Source: an uncultured archaeon
GTDB lineage: Archaea; Asgardarchaeota; Lokiarchaeia; Sigyniarchaeales; SOKP01
Length of the DNA: 64,000 nucleotides
Reading direction: 5' to 3'
Assembly (NCBI GenBank): GCA_964486045.1
Contig: CAZALK010000009.1
Span: 32,001-96,000, forward strand
Shown here: positions 10,296 through 20,570 of the stretch, in pieces
How the letters are laid out: each line of letters begins with the position of its first letter
Position numbering within the stretch: the stretch's first letter is position 1
The notes under the pieces: generated by a model
What the model was told of the DNA's origin: nothing
Seen by the model: only the letters and a program-made list of their open reading frames with translations
Database searches by the model: none
Position numbers and translations under genes: made by a program

Positions 10296-12623
10296 TTACT
10301 TTTGAGCACGTTTTCTCTTTCTATTTAGCGACAAACCGATTCCTGTAAAAGTTACTATAGTAATGGATAAAACTGCTGCCATTTCATACCCTGGGATTTG
10401 GACACCAGCACCACCACCAACCGTTCCTATATATTTAACGAATCCATATCCCAATCTTGGTAATTGCCATTCAAAATCTTTATTTATTGCAAATCCCGTC
10501 AGGCTAGAAGCTATCATGATTTCCGTATAATGCCAGGTTTGAAAGTGTTTGGTCATGTTATTCCAAACTTCTTGAGCTGTAATTTTATCTACAAACCAAG
10601 TCATATCTATCCATCGATCAACAGTCGCATTATAATGAAATCCTGTGTTAGTCAGCCCTTCGAATGGAAAGATGGCATAATCAAATGCATAATCAGCAGA
10701 TCCGGGACTCCTATAGAAATATTCAGCGACTGGGCCATATTTATAGTTTAAGCTTCCCCACTCACTGGGGAGTCCGTGAGATGTGAACCATGGAACTGAT
10801 CCTATATCTTCCCCAAACAATACAGTGTAAACATCTGGTTGTATTAATAAGTTACCATCAGGTGCTCCATTTAGACCGCCCAATACCATCCCTATATCTT
10901 TAATGGAATTTCCAAATACGCTCGCCTTGTCAAAATTGCTTATATCCCAAAGGAGCTTAAATTCAAAGATTGGATTAGAATTTGCGACACTAACCCAATC
11001 TGCAGTTGCATTATTGATATCTAAACCCCTAGCAGCTATAGTTGCATTCAAGAAAGGATCATCAATGAGAGTTTGTCGTGCTATAGTGAGATCTCTGGTT
11101 GCAAGAGGTATACTTGGGTTATAGTATTCATTTGTACTCGGAAGAAAACCATCAGATCGTACCGCACGTCCTCCTTTAATAACATTAATATATGTATCAT
11201 AATCAAACGCGTAACTAAGCGCTTTCCTCATAGCTCTATTAATTCCATCAGTATAAACCCGTCCATCAACATCATCAACATCTGCCAAGTATCTCATATC
11301 CCCAAGCCAGGGAAATTGCGAGTAGGTAGCATCTGTTAAATTAACAACAGATGGACCCCAATCTGCCCAGTCTTTCCAATACGTTTCATTGATAGAATTC
11401 AATGTAATAAAATCGCGATCTAGACCAACACCCGTTTCAACGTAATTAATATCGGGATGTGCAACCATGTCAGCATAGACCAGTTGACCGTCATCAGCGG
11501 TGTAATCTATGTCTCCTGTGACCATGGCTAAATTCCTTACCTGAAATCCTGTTGTAGTTGTTATAAAGGTAGCGACAGAAATTTTTGGTACCTTGTGTAA
11601 ATCCAAAGCTTGCATGGCAGTAGAATTCCACCAGTCATCAAATCTTTCCATAGTACCTTGTCCTAGTACATCATCGTGCTCGATAAATCTGTAAGGTCCC
11701 GTACCAATCAAATGCCCAGGAAATCCTGTAGAAGGATAACCTCCGGAAACATCTGGTTGTCCAAATCCAGAGACATCTCCCAAACCCTTTATTGGTATAT
11801 CGAAATAGTCTTTATACGCGTCCATTGAAATCATAGTATGGTCATCAACGTATAGAAATACAGCACTCCAATCATTAAAGTAAACCTTAATTTTTCCTCC
11901 AGATTGTTTATCTTCTGTTATAGTCACATTTTTAATTCTGGAATATGCACCATCATAAGCCCAATCATAAAGCCAACCCCAGACTGGGTGGGCTGAGCTA
12001 GACTTAGTAGCTCCATACTCTGCATATGATGCAGGTTGTCCAATAAATTGTGATACATTCCAAGTGTCAGTTTCAAATTGTGACCAGTGTGCGGCGGGTA
12101 ACCAATAACTAAATATCGCTTTATACATCTCATCTGTCATCAAATCAGGTGTTAATTCACCAGTTAAATTTCCAGAGATTACTATATCACGATCAATATT
12201 CCATTTCGCAACCGTTGCGTTAAAATCTGATCCATCATGAAATTTAACGCCCTCTCGCAGAGTGAATTCTATTGCCCGAACACCACCTTTGTTCATAAAT
12301 GGTCCGTCTGGGTGGTAATTCATTTCATCTGGCCACGGAGTTATGGTCCAACTTGTTGCTAGCACTGGGATCATAGTGTTAAATTCACCGTCCCAATCCG
12401 TAGGCCATTGAGCTAACGGCTCAACAGTTTCAGCGCTATAAACAGCACCAGCAAATCCTGCTGAGGCGATAGCACCATCCCAACTTCCTATTGCACCGCC
12501 AGTTACTCCTATTTTGAATGCTGGTACTTGTGCAGTTGTAGGTTGAGCTATTACAGGGAAGAAAGGTAATACAAGAGAACTAAGTAAAAGTAGTAAAATT
12601 ATTTTAGTTGAAAATTTTCGAAT
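10296..12623 (-). CDS. dppA: Peptide ABC transporter substrate-binding protein (family 5) with signal peptide and C-terminal IPGY-TM-basic anchor; probable ATT start
   Basis: LREGVKFHDGSDFNA, IGTGPY, MRKALSYAFD. The frame is open 83 codons upstream of the ORF-track ATG (12374) and encodes the signal peptide IRKFSTKIILLLLLSSLVLPFFPVIAQ. GGTGA lies 7 nt before ATT 12623. Confidence 0.85.
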   Translation of the reverse strand: MRKFSTKIILLLLLSSLVLPFFPVIAQPTTAQVPAFKIGVTGGAIGSWDGAIASAGFAGAVYSAETVEPLAQWPTDWDGEFNTMIPVLATSWTITPWPDEMNYHPDGPFMNKGGVRAIEFTLREGVKFHDGSDFNATVAKWNIDRDIVISGNLTGELTPDLMTDEMYKAIFSYWLPAAHWSQFETDTWNVSQFIGQPASYAEYGATKSSSAHPVWGWLYDWAYDGAYSRIKNVTITEDKQSGGKIKVYFNDWSAVFLYVDDHTMISMDAYKDYFDIPIKGLGDVSGFGQPDVSGGYPSTGFPGHLIGTGPYRFIEHDDVLGQGTMERFDDWWNSTAMQALDLHKVPKISVATFITTTTGFQVRNLAMVTGDIDYTADDGQLVYADMVAHPDINYVETGVGLDRDFITLNSINETYWKDWADWGPSVVNLTDATYSQFPWLGDMRYLADVDDVDGRVYTDGINRAMRKALSYAFDYDTYINVIKGGRAVRSDGFLPSTNEYYNPSIPLATRDLTIARQTLIDDPFLNATIAARGLDINNATADWVSVANSNPIFEFKLLWDISNFDKASVFGNSIKDIGMVLGGLNGAPDGNLLIQPDVYTVLFGEDIGSVPWFTSHGLPSEWGSLNYKYGPVAEYFYRSPGSADYAFDYAIFPFEGLTNTGFHYNATVDRWIDMTWFVDKITAQEVWNNMTKHFQTWHYTEIMIASSLTGFAINKDFEWQLPRLGYGFVKYIGTVGGGAGVQIPGYEMAAVLSITIVTFTGIGLSLNRKRKRAQK

Positions 12624-12812
12624 TGTTTTTTCACCTTATTTTTAAAATAGAGTTTTGTTATTAAATGTTTATGATGTGAAAATATATAAATGTTTCACAT
12701 GTTCAATTGATTTTACATAATTTAGACCACAAATAGTCGCATTAACAATAAAAAGGTATAAATAGAAATTTCAATTTTTATAAGTATTAAAGTCAGAATC
12801 TACAATTAAAAT

Positions 12813-13346
12813 ATGAGAAAAAGAAGCTCTAAAATAAAAGAAAAACCCTTAATGGAAAATAGCTCAGAATTAAAGGGACATTTTCACATGGATTGGGGAA
12901 GACAAGGAACGGTTATCATTGCATACATTGCTGTTTTATTAGGCTACTTTGGAATTGTCGCAAATATAATTTTGGTAGATGATATTGGCAATTGGATCCC
13001 ATATCCTGAAATGGATCCTACGATTTTGATCTGGACCTATAAAGTATATCCGGATACGTTCTACTTACCGATTTTATTACTATTTTTAATAAGCTTTTTA
13101 TTAACTTATAAGGAAGATATTCCCCATTATGGGATAAAAGCTTCATTATGGCTAGTACCCCCATTAATAGCTGAAGGTTTTTTGTTTTATTGGATAATGT
13201 TTGGACTCTCTGCTGAGCCTTTCATTTTACAATTTGCTCATGGGGAGGGTTATTTAAATATTTTAATACTATATGGGTGTACGTTTACTGGGGGCTTAAG
13301 TGGGATGAAATTTAAACAGTTTATTAAAAAGAGAAGAAAATTTTAA
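12813..13346 (+). CDS. Membrane protein (about 4 TM), first gene of the ABC operon
   Basis: Several hydrophobic segments and a basic C-tail; 39 nt upstream of dppB. Confidence 0.75.
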   Translation: MRKRSSKIKEKPLMENSSELKGHFHMDWGRQGTVIIAYIAVLLGYFGIVANIILVDDIGNWIPYPEMDPTILIWTYKVYPDTFYLPILLLFLISFLLTYKEDIPHYGIKASLWLVPPLIAEGFLFYWIMFGLSAEPFILQFAHGEGYLNILILYGCTFTGGLSGMKFKQFIKKRRKF

Positions 13347-13385
13347 GCAAAAAGAAGTAATTATAAAAGAGAGAGGGGTAATAAA

Positions 13386-14450
13386 TTGGCTCGGAAAGCA
13401 AAAAATATGGTAAAATATATCATTAAGCGAATTCTTATCATGTTTCCGCTGTTAATACTTGCTTTAATAAGTACATGGGTTTTATCAAACCTGATGACAG
13501 TAGATCCTACACTGAATAGAGTAGGTCTTACAGATCCAGTAGTTCTTGAACTGGAGAGAAGAAGAGTTGGATATTATGACCCTTGGCTTGTTAAACTTGG
13601 TAAGTATTTAGTAAACTTTTTCACGGGAGATTGGGGTGAATCTTATATACTCAAGCCAGGAAAACCTGTCCTTACACTTATTAGGGAGATCTTTCCTAAG
13701 ACTATTGAATTGATGATAATTCCAACGATTATAGCCCCAATTATTGCTGTCAAACTTGGGACTAGTGCAGCAAGTAACAAGTATAAAAAGAAAGATACTA
13801 TTATTCGTTTTATTGCGATAATCGGAGCGGGTTTCCCAGTTTTTTGGTTTGCTACCATTATTCAAATTGGTTTTGGTGTTTATATAACCGATTTAACCAA
13901 TGGTCAAATTGATATTCCCGTTATGTTCACAAATACACTAGGATATTCCTACCCAGGCCCCATAGATGGATTTAGAACAAACTTCCGAATAATTGATGCC
14001 ATTATATACAATGATCAAGCTTTTCTATGGGACTCAATCTCACATTTGATTCTTCCGACGGTATGTATGGTTTTTGTTTCAATATCGGGGTTAACGGCAC
14101 TAACGCGCTCAAGCATGTTAGAAGTGTTAGATCAAGATTATATTAGAACTGCTCGTGCAAAAGGAGTTGAAGAAAACGATGTTATTGATAAACATGCACT
14201 TCGCAATGCCCTACTCCCATCAAGTGACAAAATCATTGGGGGTTTATTGGGAGCATTTCTAGGATCACTTTTTATTGAGACAGTTTTTGCTTACGAAGGG
14301 TTTGGGTATTATCTTGTCCAATCAATTCTTCAAGGCGATTATTTGGTCATTAATGGTTTAACGGTATTCACCGTAATATTTACTCTTATTGGAACCTTAC
14401 TCTCTGATGTAATGTATACAATTATCGATCCGAGGATAACTTATAAATAA
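13386..14450 (+). CDS. dppB: Peptide ABC transporter permease (DppB/OppB)
   Basis: YIIKRIL, RSSMLEVLDQDYIRTARAKG EAA loop, HALRNAL, IDPRI. Confidence 0.93.
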   Translation: MARKAKNMVKYIIKRILIMFPLLILALISTWVLSNLMTVDPTLNRVGLTDPVVLELERRRVGYYDPWLVKLGKYLVNFFTGDWGESYILKPGKPVLTLIREIFPKTIELMIIPTIIAPIIAVKLGTSAASNKYKKKDTIIRFIAIIGAGFPVFWFATIIQIGFGVYITDLTNGQIDIPVMFTNTLGYSYPGPIDGFRTNFRIIDAIIYNDQAFLWDSISHLILPTVCMVFVSISGLTALTRSSMLEVLDQDYIRTARAKGVEENDVIDKHALRNALLPSSDKIIGGLLGAFLGSLFIETVFAYEGFGYYLVQSILQGDYLVINGLTVFTVIFTLIGTLLSDVMYTIIDPRITYK

Positions 14451-14477
14451 AAATTAATTAAAATAATAATTTAAAAT

Positions 14478-15479
14478 ATGACTGAACAAGATATAACAAT
14501 AGAAGAAGTAGATTATACGGATTTTTCCGTAGGTGGTAAGAAGAAATGGGTAAACCTAATGAAATTTTATTTACTTCCTACTTGGCGTAATCCAGAATTC
14601 ACTGCTTATGAAAATGAAATTGAAAAAATAAAATCAAAAAGGCGGGTATTCCGTCGTCTTCTTACACCTTTAACAATTACTGGGTTATTGTTGATTTTAT
14701 TTATTGTAGTATTAGCAGTATATGGTCCTTGGTTTACCGAGATTCCGTTACAAGAATTAACATTGCCATTTGTACCTTCTGACGGAATCCCTTTCGATGA
14801 ACCGAGTCCAGAACATCCACTAGGAACAACATTGTACGGATATGATATTTATGCTCGGATAATTTGGGGTGCTAGAACTACAGTAGGAATGGCGTTTATT
14901 CCTGTAATTATAGGAACGGGAGGTGGGCTTATTTTAGGAACAATTTCAGCTTATTTTGGTGGCCCAGTTGATTATGCTATGATGCGTTTTGTTGATTTAA
15001 TGTATATATTACCAATGGGAATTTTAGGTTTTATTCTTATTCCCACGGTTGGTGAAGATTTAATGGCTATGCTTGTAATTTTTGGGATACTCGGAATTCC
15101 TGCTAACATAAGGTTTATGCGAACAATGGTTTTGCTAGTAAAAGAAATGGTTTTTGTAAAGGCAGCAAAAACAGGTGGTGCTCTTAAATTCAAAATCATG
15201 TTTAAACATATTGTACCAAACGCGATATCTCCTATAATAATTAGTGTCTTTTGGGGAGCTGCGGGTACAGTTTTAGGTTTAGCGGGGCTTGGTTTTCTTG
15301 GTTTAGGACCCCAAACAGTTGCGACTTGGGGAACTGATGTTAATTGGGGTGCCGGTCGCTTATTAACTGGTAGAGGGGCAGCAATCTGGCCAGGTATTTT
15401 TCTCGGAATAATATCTGCAGGGTTTATGTTAGTAGGAGATGGATTGAGGGACGCTTTAGATCCACGATTTCACAAATAA
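14478..15479 (+). CDS. dppC: Peptide ABC transporter permease (DppC/OppC)
   Basis: PSPEHPLGT..G.DIYARIIWGAR, FVKAAKTGG, KHIVPN, GDGLRDALDPR. Confidence 0.93.
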   Translation: MTEQDITIEEVDYTDFSVGGKKKWVNLMKFYLLPTWRNPEFTAYENEIEKIKSKRRVFRRLLTPLTITGLLLILFIVVLAVYGPWFTEIPLQELTLPFVPSDGIPFDEPSPEHPLGTTLYGYDIYARIIWGARTTVGMAFIPVIIGTGGGLILGTISAYFGGPVDYAMMRFVDLMYILPMGILGFILIPTVGEDLMAMLVIFGILGIPANIRFMRTMVLLVKEMVFVKAAKTGGALKFKIMFKHIVPNAISPIIISVFWGAAGTVLGLAGLGFLGLGPQTVATWGTDVNWGAGRLLTGRGAAIWPGIFLGIISAGFMLVGDGLRDALDPRFHK

Positions 15480-15497
15480 AAAAAGGTAGACAATAAA

Positions 15498-17495
15498 ATG
15501 AAGAATACCAAAAGGCAATTTTGGATCCCTTCAACTATTATTCTAAACATAACGTTTTTTGGGAGTTTATTAGTAATTATTTATGTGTTTCAGCTTGGAA
15601 TGTCATTAATTGAAGCTTTGATAGCAGCTATTGTCTTATATTTAAGTGCTGGCATTCTAAATAATAATCTCCGAGAGGAAGTTCGGATTTCTAAAATTGT
15701 TCACAGGTTTAGTTCGGGTGTAAGCACCTTTATAATTTTTGGGATAATACTCATTATTCGCCTTCTTTTTGAAGCTCTCGGAAATTTTTATATTTTTGAG
15801 GATTTCTATTTATTCAGATTTTTGAATACAGATGCATTTTTATTTGCCATAATGGTTACAATATTTCTACCCTTACACGCCATTTTTTTAAAGCGATTTG
15901 CAAAATACAAATTGCATGATGATGAGAATATTATCCAGAGCGAACAATTCAGAAGAGTTTATATAAAATTTATAATACTAGCATGGATCGTTGGAGCCAT
16001 CTTTTTATCAATTCCGCTCCTCAAAATTCCTATGGGAAATCCTGATATATTTAATCTTGGTTTTGTTTGGGCTATTTTTACAATCGGTTTTGCTATTATT
16101 ATAACAATCATAGTTAATAGAACTCGTTCAACTGAAACACGTATTCCAAATTTTGTGCTTAAACAAGCTATGTATACTGGTGGATTTATCTCATTTGGAA
16201 TTTGGTCTATTCAGCTTGTTATTGTTGAACTGTATTTACGGAGATTATTCAGTATCACTCTATATATTCAGGATATTCGTATTTTAATTCTAGTTGTTAA
16301 TTCTGTATATATTGCCGTTTTTTTTATTACTTTAAAGAAAATATTTAAACCTCTATCTGCTGAAAGGAGTGAGTTAAAACTTCAGAAAGCATTTGAGATA
16401 TATGAGAAAAAACAAGGTGAAGAAATAAAGGTAGTTGGAAATCAAATTCTTTTGGATGTTCAAGATCTCACGACTTATTTTTACACAGAAGAAGGAATTG
16501 TAAAAGCTGTTGAAGGTGTTTCTTTTAAAATTCATGAGGGTGAAACTCTTGGTCTTGTTGGAGAAACTGGTTGTGGAAAATCCGTAACAGCATTATCAAT
16601 TCTACAATTAGTACGCCCACCAGGAAAGATAGAAGAAGGAAAAGTCATATTTAGGGGAGAAGATTTATTTCAAAAATCGATATCTAAAGTATTGAAATAT
16701 CGTGGAAAAGATATTACCATGATTTTTCAAGATCCCCTTAATTCTCTTAATCCTGTTTTTAAAATCGGGTCTCAAATCACTGAAGTTTATCTCTTGCATA
16801 TGGAAAATGAGTTACTCGTGGAATCGTCTAAACAGAATACAAGCATTTTTGCTGTTGCCCGAGAATGGGGTGAGAAACTTTTACGAGATTTAAATATCCC
16901 CTTCCCCAATTTAGTCTTTGATCTATACCCTCATGAACTGAGTGGGGGAATGCGACAAAGGGTTCAGATCGCTATGGGTCTTGCGTGCAAACCGAAACTT
17001 TTAATCGCGGATGAGCCTACAACAGCATTGGACGTAACCATTCAAAATCAAATTCTGAAGTTAATGAAGGATCTTAAGAGTAAATTTAATACCTCAATTT
17101 TGTTTATAACACATGATCTAGGAATAATTTCTAAAATGTGTGATAGGGTTGCTGTGATGTATTCCGGTTTTATTGTCGAAAATGGGAATATTCAAAAATT
17201 ATTTATAAAACCATATCACCCTTATACTAGAAGTCTTATAGGCTCTGTTCCTGTTGTTGGGAAGAAGAAACGCCGTCTTGAAGTTATAGGAGGAACGGTT
17301 CCAAACCTGATTTATCCACCCTCTGGATGCAGATTTCATCCTCGATGCAAATACTGCTTCGAGCCTTGCGATTCAAAAATCGTAAAAAGTATAGAGGTTG
17401 AACCAGATTATTTTGTCGCATGTCATCTTTATGATCCAGAATATAAAGAATTATCAGAAATTTCTATAAAAAAAGCGGAAGAAAAAAATCATTAA
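15498..17495 (+). CDS. dppD: Peptide ABC ATPase (DppD/OppD) fused to an N-terminal ~300-aa multi-pass membrane domain
   Basis: Walker A GETGCGKS, LSGGMRQR, IADEPT, C-terminal GCRFHPRC...C...ACH; residues 1-~280 are hydrophobic helices. Confidence 0.88.
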   Translation: MKNTKRQFWIPSTIILNITFFGSLLVIIYVFQLGMSLIEALIAAIVLYLSAGILNNNLREEVRISKIVHRFSSGVSTFIIFGIILIIRLLFEALGNFYIFEDFYLFRFLNTDAFLFAIMVTIFLPLHAIFLKRFAKYKLHDDENIIQSEQFRRVYIKFIILAWIVGAIFLSIPLLKIPMGNPDIFNLGFVWAIFTIGFAIIITIIVNRTRSTETRIPNFVLKQAMYTGGFISFGIWSIQLVIVELYLRRLFSITLYIQDIRILILVVNSVYIAVFFITLKKIFKPLSAERSELKLQKAFEIYEKKQGEEIKVVGNQILLDVQDLTTYFYTEEGIVKAVEGVSFKIHEGETLGLVGETGCGKSVTALSILQLVRPPGKIEEGKVIFRGEDLFQKSISKVLKYRGKDITMIFQDPLNSLNPVFKIGSQITEVYLLHMENELLVESSKQNTSIFAVAREWGEKLLRDLNIPFPNLVFDLYPHELSGGMRQRVQIAMGLACKPKLLIADEPTTALDVTIQNQILKLMKDLKSKFNTSILFITHDLGIISKMCDRVAVMYSGFIVENGNIQKLFIKPYHPYTRSLIGSVPVVGKKKRRLEVIGGTVPNLIYPPSGCRFHPRCKYCFEPCDSKIVKSIEVEPDYFVACHLYDPEYKELSEISIKKAEEKNH

Positions 17496-17595
17496 AACTT
17501 ATTATGATAATTAATAGAACAGAAAAACTCAAAAAATTGCAGTAAAAAACGGAATTCAATCTTAAAGTGTAAAAAAAAATGGAGGATAAATCGAA

Positions 17596-19332
17596 ATGGC
17601 AGTTAATCTGACAATACTAGTTATTACCCAACTATTACTATTCTCAGTGGGATTGTTCTATATAAAATGGCATATCAACTTGAATAGATGGGATAAACCA
17701 TTTTTTTCAGCATTAATTGTAAATGGAACTTGGTTTGTTATAGGTATGGTTGTGGGATTAACCATTTATTCATTGATTGGTCAAAATCTTTTCACCGACA
17801 TTCTCATAATAATTATCAATGCTTTTATTGGATTAGGTATCTTGATAAGTATTTACAAAAATAAATGGTTAAGATCTTTAGAAATTATAGGACTAGCTCA
17901 AATCTCTTTATTCATTACTACCATTTTTATAAATTTTCTTTTTGATATTATTGATATTTTTCTAATTGAAGGTAATGATAATTTGAATTATGCAAAATTT
18001 ACTTTTGTTCTATTTTTTCTGACTTTTCTCGGTATAACGGTATTTATATTAAGTTGGGGAGACAAAATTCAATTAGTAAAGTTAAGAAGAGTAGTCGTTA
18101 TTGTCAGTGTAATACCAGGGCTTCTCTATCTCATAGCAATGTTTATATCTCAGCAGGAAAGGTTTTTTGATAATTTTATTCCAAATTTAGTAATAAGTTT
18201 TACATTTTCAATTATAACAATGGTTGGAGCTAGAATAATCGCTTATAAAACAATACCAATTCAGGAACTCAGAGAACTCCATATTTTAGAAAAAGGAGAG
18301 TCTTTGTTAAAAGTTACAAACCTTAAAGTATATTATCCTCTACTTAAAGGGGTGCTTAAAAGGCAAATTGGAGCAGTAAAAGCGGTTGATGGTGTAACAT
18401 TTGAAATTAAAACAGGTGAAACATTAGGATTAGTTGGAGAAAGCGGATGCGGGAAAACGACTGTCGCTAACGCAATTTTAGGATTAATAGAAAAAGAAGA
18501 TGGAGAAATATTATATCATGAGGAATCCGTCCCGAACGAACTTACAAGTTATTTAAGGCAAAAAATTCAAATGGTTTTCCAAGATCCTGATGCATCTTTA
18601 AATCCACGTTTAAAAGTTACTGATATTATAGCAGAACCCCTCAAGAATTTACTTGGTATTACCAATAAACTGTCAATCAGAAGATATGTATTGAGATTGT
18701 TGAAACAGGTTTCATTAAAACGAGAACACATGGATCGTTACCCTCACGAGTTTTCAGGTGGACAAAAGCAAAGAATTATTATCGCAAGAGCACTTGCTTG
18801 TAATCCAGAATTAATCGTTCTTGATGAGCCGACATCAGCTCTAGATGTGTCTGTACAAGCACAAATTTTAAACCTAATTTTAGATTTACAGGAGGAATAT
18901 GGATACGGTTTTTTGTTTATAACACATAATTTATCCGTTGTGAATCATATTGCGGATAGAGTTGCTGTAATGTATCTCGGTAAGTTTGTTGAGATTGGGG
19001 AAACTGATCAAATTTTTTCAAATCCAGCTCATCCTTATACTCAAGCACTCCTAAAAAGTCGCTCTGAAATTGATCCTTTTGATCAAGATATTAAATATGT
19101 TATAGATGGCGAAGTTCCGAGCCCGATTGCTCCCCCACCAGGATGTACTTTTAATCCTCGATGTGTATCAGATAATCGAACACCAGAATGTGAAATTGAG
19201 ACTCCCCATCAAATAAAAATCGAGGAAGGTCATTATATCTGGTGCGTCAATCCACCAAAGGGAGTAGAGGACATAGAAGAAACTGAGTTATTTACTAGTA
19301 AAATTGAAGAAGAAGCTTATAGAAATCCATAA
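17596..19332 (+). CDS. dppF: Peptide ABC ATPase (DppF/OppF) fused to an N-terminal ~220-aa multi-pass membrane domain
   Basis: GESGCGKT, FSGGQKQR, VLDEPT, GCTFNPRC; hydrophobic N-terminus. Confidence 0.88.
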   Translation: MAVNLTILVITQLLLFSVGLFYIKWHINLNRWDKPFFSALIVNGTWFVIGMVVGLTIYSLIGQNLFTDILIIIINAFIGLGILISIYKNKWLRSLEIIGLAQISLFITTIFINFLFDIIDIFLIEGNDNLNYAKFTFVLFFLTFLGITVFILSWGDKIQLVKLRRVVVIVSVIPGLLYLIAMFISQQERFFDNFIPNLVISFTFSIITMVGARIIAYKTIPIQELRELHILEKGESLLKVTNLKVYYPLLKGVLKRQIGAVKAVDGVTFEIKTGETLGLVGESGCGKTTVANAILGLIEKEDGEILYHEESVPNELTSYLRQKIQMVFQDPDASLNPRLKVTDIIAEPLKNLLGITNKLSIRRYVLRLLKQVSLKREHMDRYPHEFSGGQKQRIIIARALACNPELIVLDEPTSALDVSVQAQILNLILDLQEEYGYGFLFITHNLSVVNHIADRVAVMYLGKFVEIGETDQIFSNPAHPYTQALLKSRSEIDPFDQDIKYVIDGEVPSPIAPPPGCTFNPRCVSDNRTPECEIETPHQIKIEEGHYIWCVNPPKGVEDIEETELFTSKIEEEAYRNP

Positions 19333-19503
19333 ATGCAATATTGTTTCCTTAGGTTATTCATTCAATCTCAATTAATTTATATGATTGCGTGGATGAGTTC
19401 CACAGATAAATATCTAAAGTCAAATTAAAAAATTTATTAATCAACTTAATATTTAAATCTATAATTTCAATAAAAACCAATTAGATAATAAAGAGGAATT
19501 TGT

Positions 19504-20418
19504 ATGCAATTTGGAACGCAGTTACTAAATTATTTTACTACATGGGAAGAGACTCTTTCAGCTATTAAGGTTATAGAGGCTGGACCGTGGCATAGTCTCT
19601 GGTTTTCAGATCATTTCCTCCCACCTTATCCAGGGAGAGGTCTGGAATCTGAGTCTGCTTTGGAGAGTTGGTCTATGGTGACCGCTACTGCTGCTGTCAC
19701 CAATCAATTACGATTAGGTATACTTGTAACAGGCAATACATATCGTAACCCGGCACTACTTGCTAAAATGGCTGCCACAGTGGACCAAATCTCGAATGGT
19801 CGGCTTATCCTCGGTGTTGGTGCTGGTTGGTTTCAACAAGAGCATGAAGCCTTCGGCTGGGAGTTTCCTGGTGTTAAGGAGAGATGTGATCGTCTAGAAG
19901 AGGCAGTAGAGTTGATCAAGATGCTGTTTACAGCTGATGGGCCAATCAATTATGATGGACAATATTATAAGCTTAAGAATGCATATTTTTCACCCTCTTG
20001 TACCCAGAAACCGCATCTTCCAATCATGGTTGGAGGAAATGGGGAGAAAAGGACCTTACGTACACTCGCTCGATTCGGTGATATTGCGAATATAGATATT
20101 AATCTCCCTGGATCTCCAGAACTATTTAGACATAAACTGGAAGTGATTGAGCGTCATTGTGAAGAATTTGGCAGGGATTCATCAGAAATCAAAAAAACAA
20201 TGGTGATTCCTTTACGAATTGAGAAAGATGAAAAAGAGGCTGAACAACTTCGCAAACGTCGTGGAAAATGGTTCTTATATGGTACAGTACCATTTATAAA
20301 TGACCGTATTCAACAATATATCGATGCTGGCGCCGAGGAGATCATATTTAGTGGTGTAGTATCTAAACCAGAGCTGTTCGAACAAATTAAAGAAGAAATT
20401 TTATCTGTCTTCAGCTGA
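19504..20418 (+). CDS. LLM-class (luciferase-like) flavin/F420-dependent oxidoreductase, copy 1
   Basis: SLWFSDHF, RLGILVTGNTYRNPALLAKMAATVDQISNGR, IMVGGNGEKRTL. Confidence 0.9.
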   Translation: MQFGTQLLNYFTTWEETLSAIKVIEAGPWHSLWFSDHFLPPYPGRGLESESALESWSMVTATAAVTNQLRLGILVTGNTYRNPALLAKMAATVDQISNGRLILGVGAGWFQQEHEAFGWEFPGVKERCDRLEEAVELIKMLFTADGPINYDGQYYKLKNAYFSPSCTQKPHLPIMVGGNGEKRTLRTLARFGDIANIDINLPGSPELFRHKLEVIERHCEEFGRDSSEIKKTMVIPLRIEKDEKEAEQLRKRRGKWFLYGTVPFINDRIQQYIDAGAEEIIFSGVVSKPELFEQIKEEILSVFS

Positions 20419-20508
20419 CCTTCTTGACTAACAGACGTAATCTTAATTAGATCTGTTAAAAGAAAAAGCAAGATTTGCATTAAAATAAGTCTTTTACATT
20501 TTTTCGAT

Positions 20509-20570
20509 CCGACACAGAAGGGCTATTGTCGAAACTGAAGCTGTTATTGGATCCTTAGGACCATTGTCGG
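20509..20570 (-). ncRNA. Candidate structured RNA element, copy 1
   Basis: Minus strand: closing stem CCGACA/UGUCGG, hairpin GGUCC-UAA-GGAUC, GU-UUCG-AC tetraloop; conserved in copy 2. Confidence 0.4.

Noticed and set aside
20416-20458. C-terminal selenocysteine in the LLM copies (FS-TGA-PS-stop followed by a hairpin)
   Set aside because: The hairpin lacks the AUGA/GA SECIS core and the protein is already complete. The conservation is explained by the duplication.
20509-20570. Hammerhead, twister or tRNA identity for the conserved element
   Set aside because: Only fragments resemble these (CGAAAC in one copy, GGUCCUAAG). There is no CUGAnGA core, twister pseudoknot or cloverleaf.
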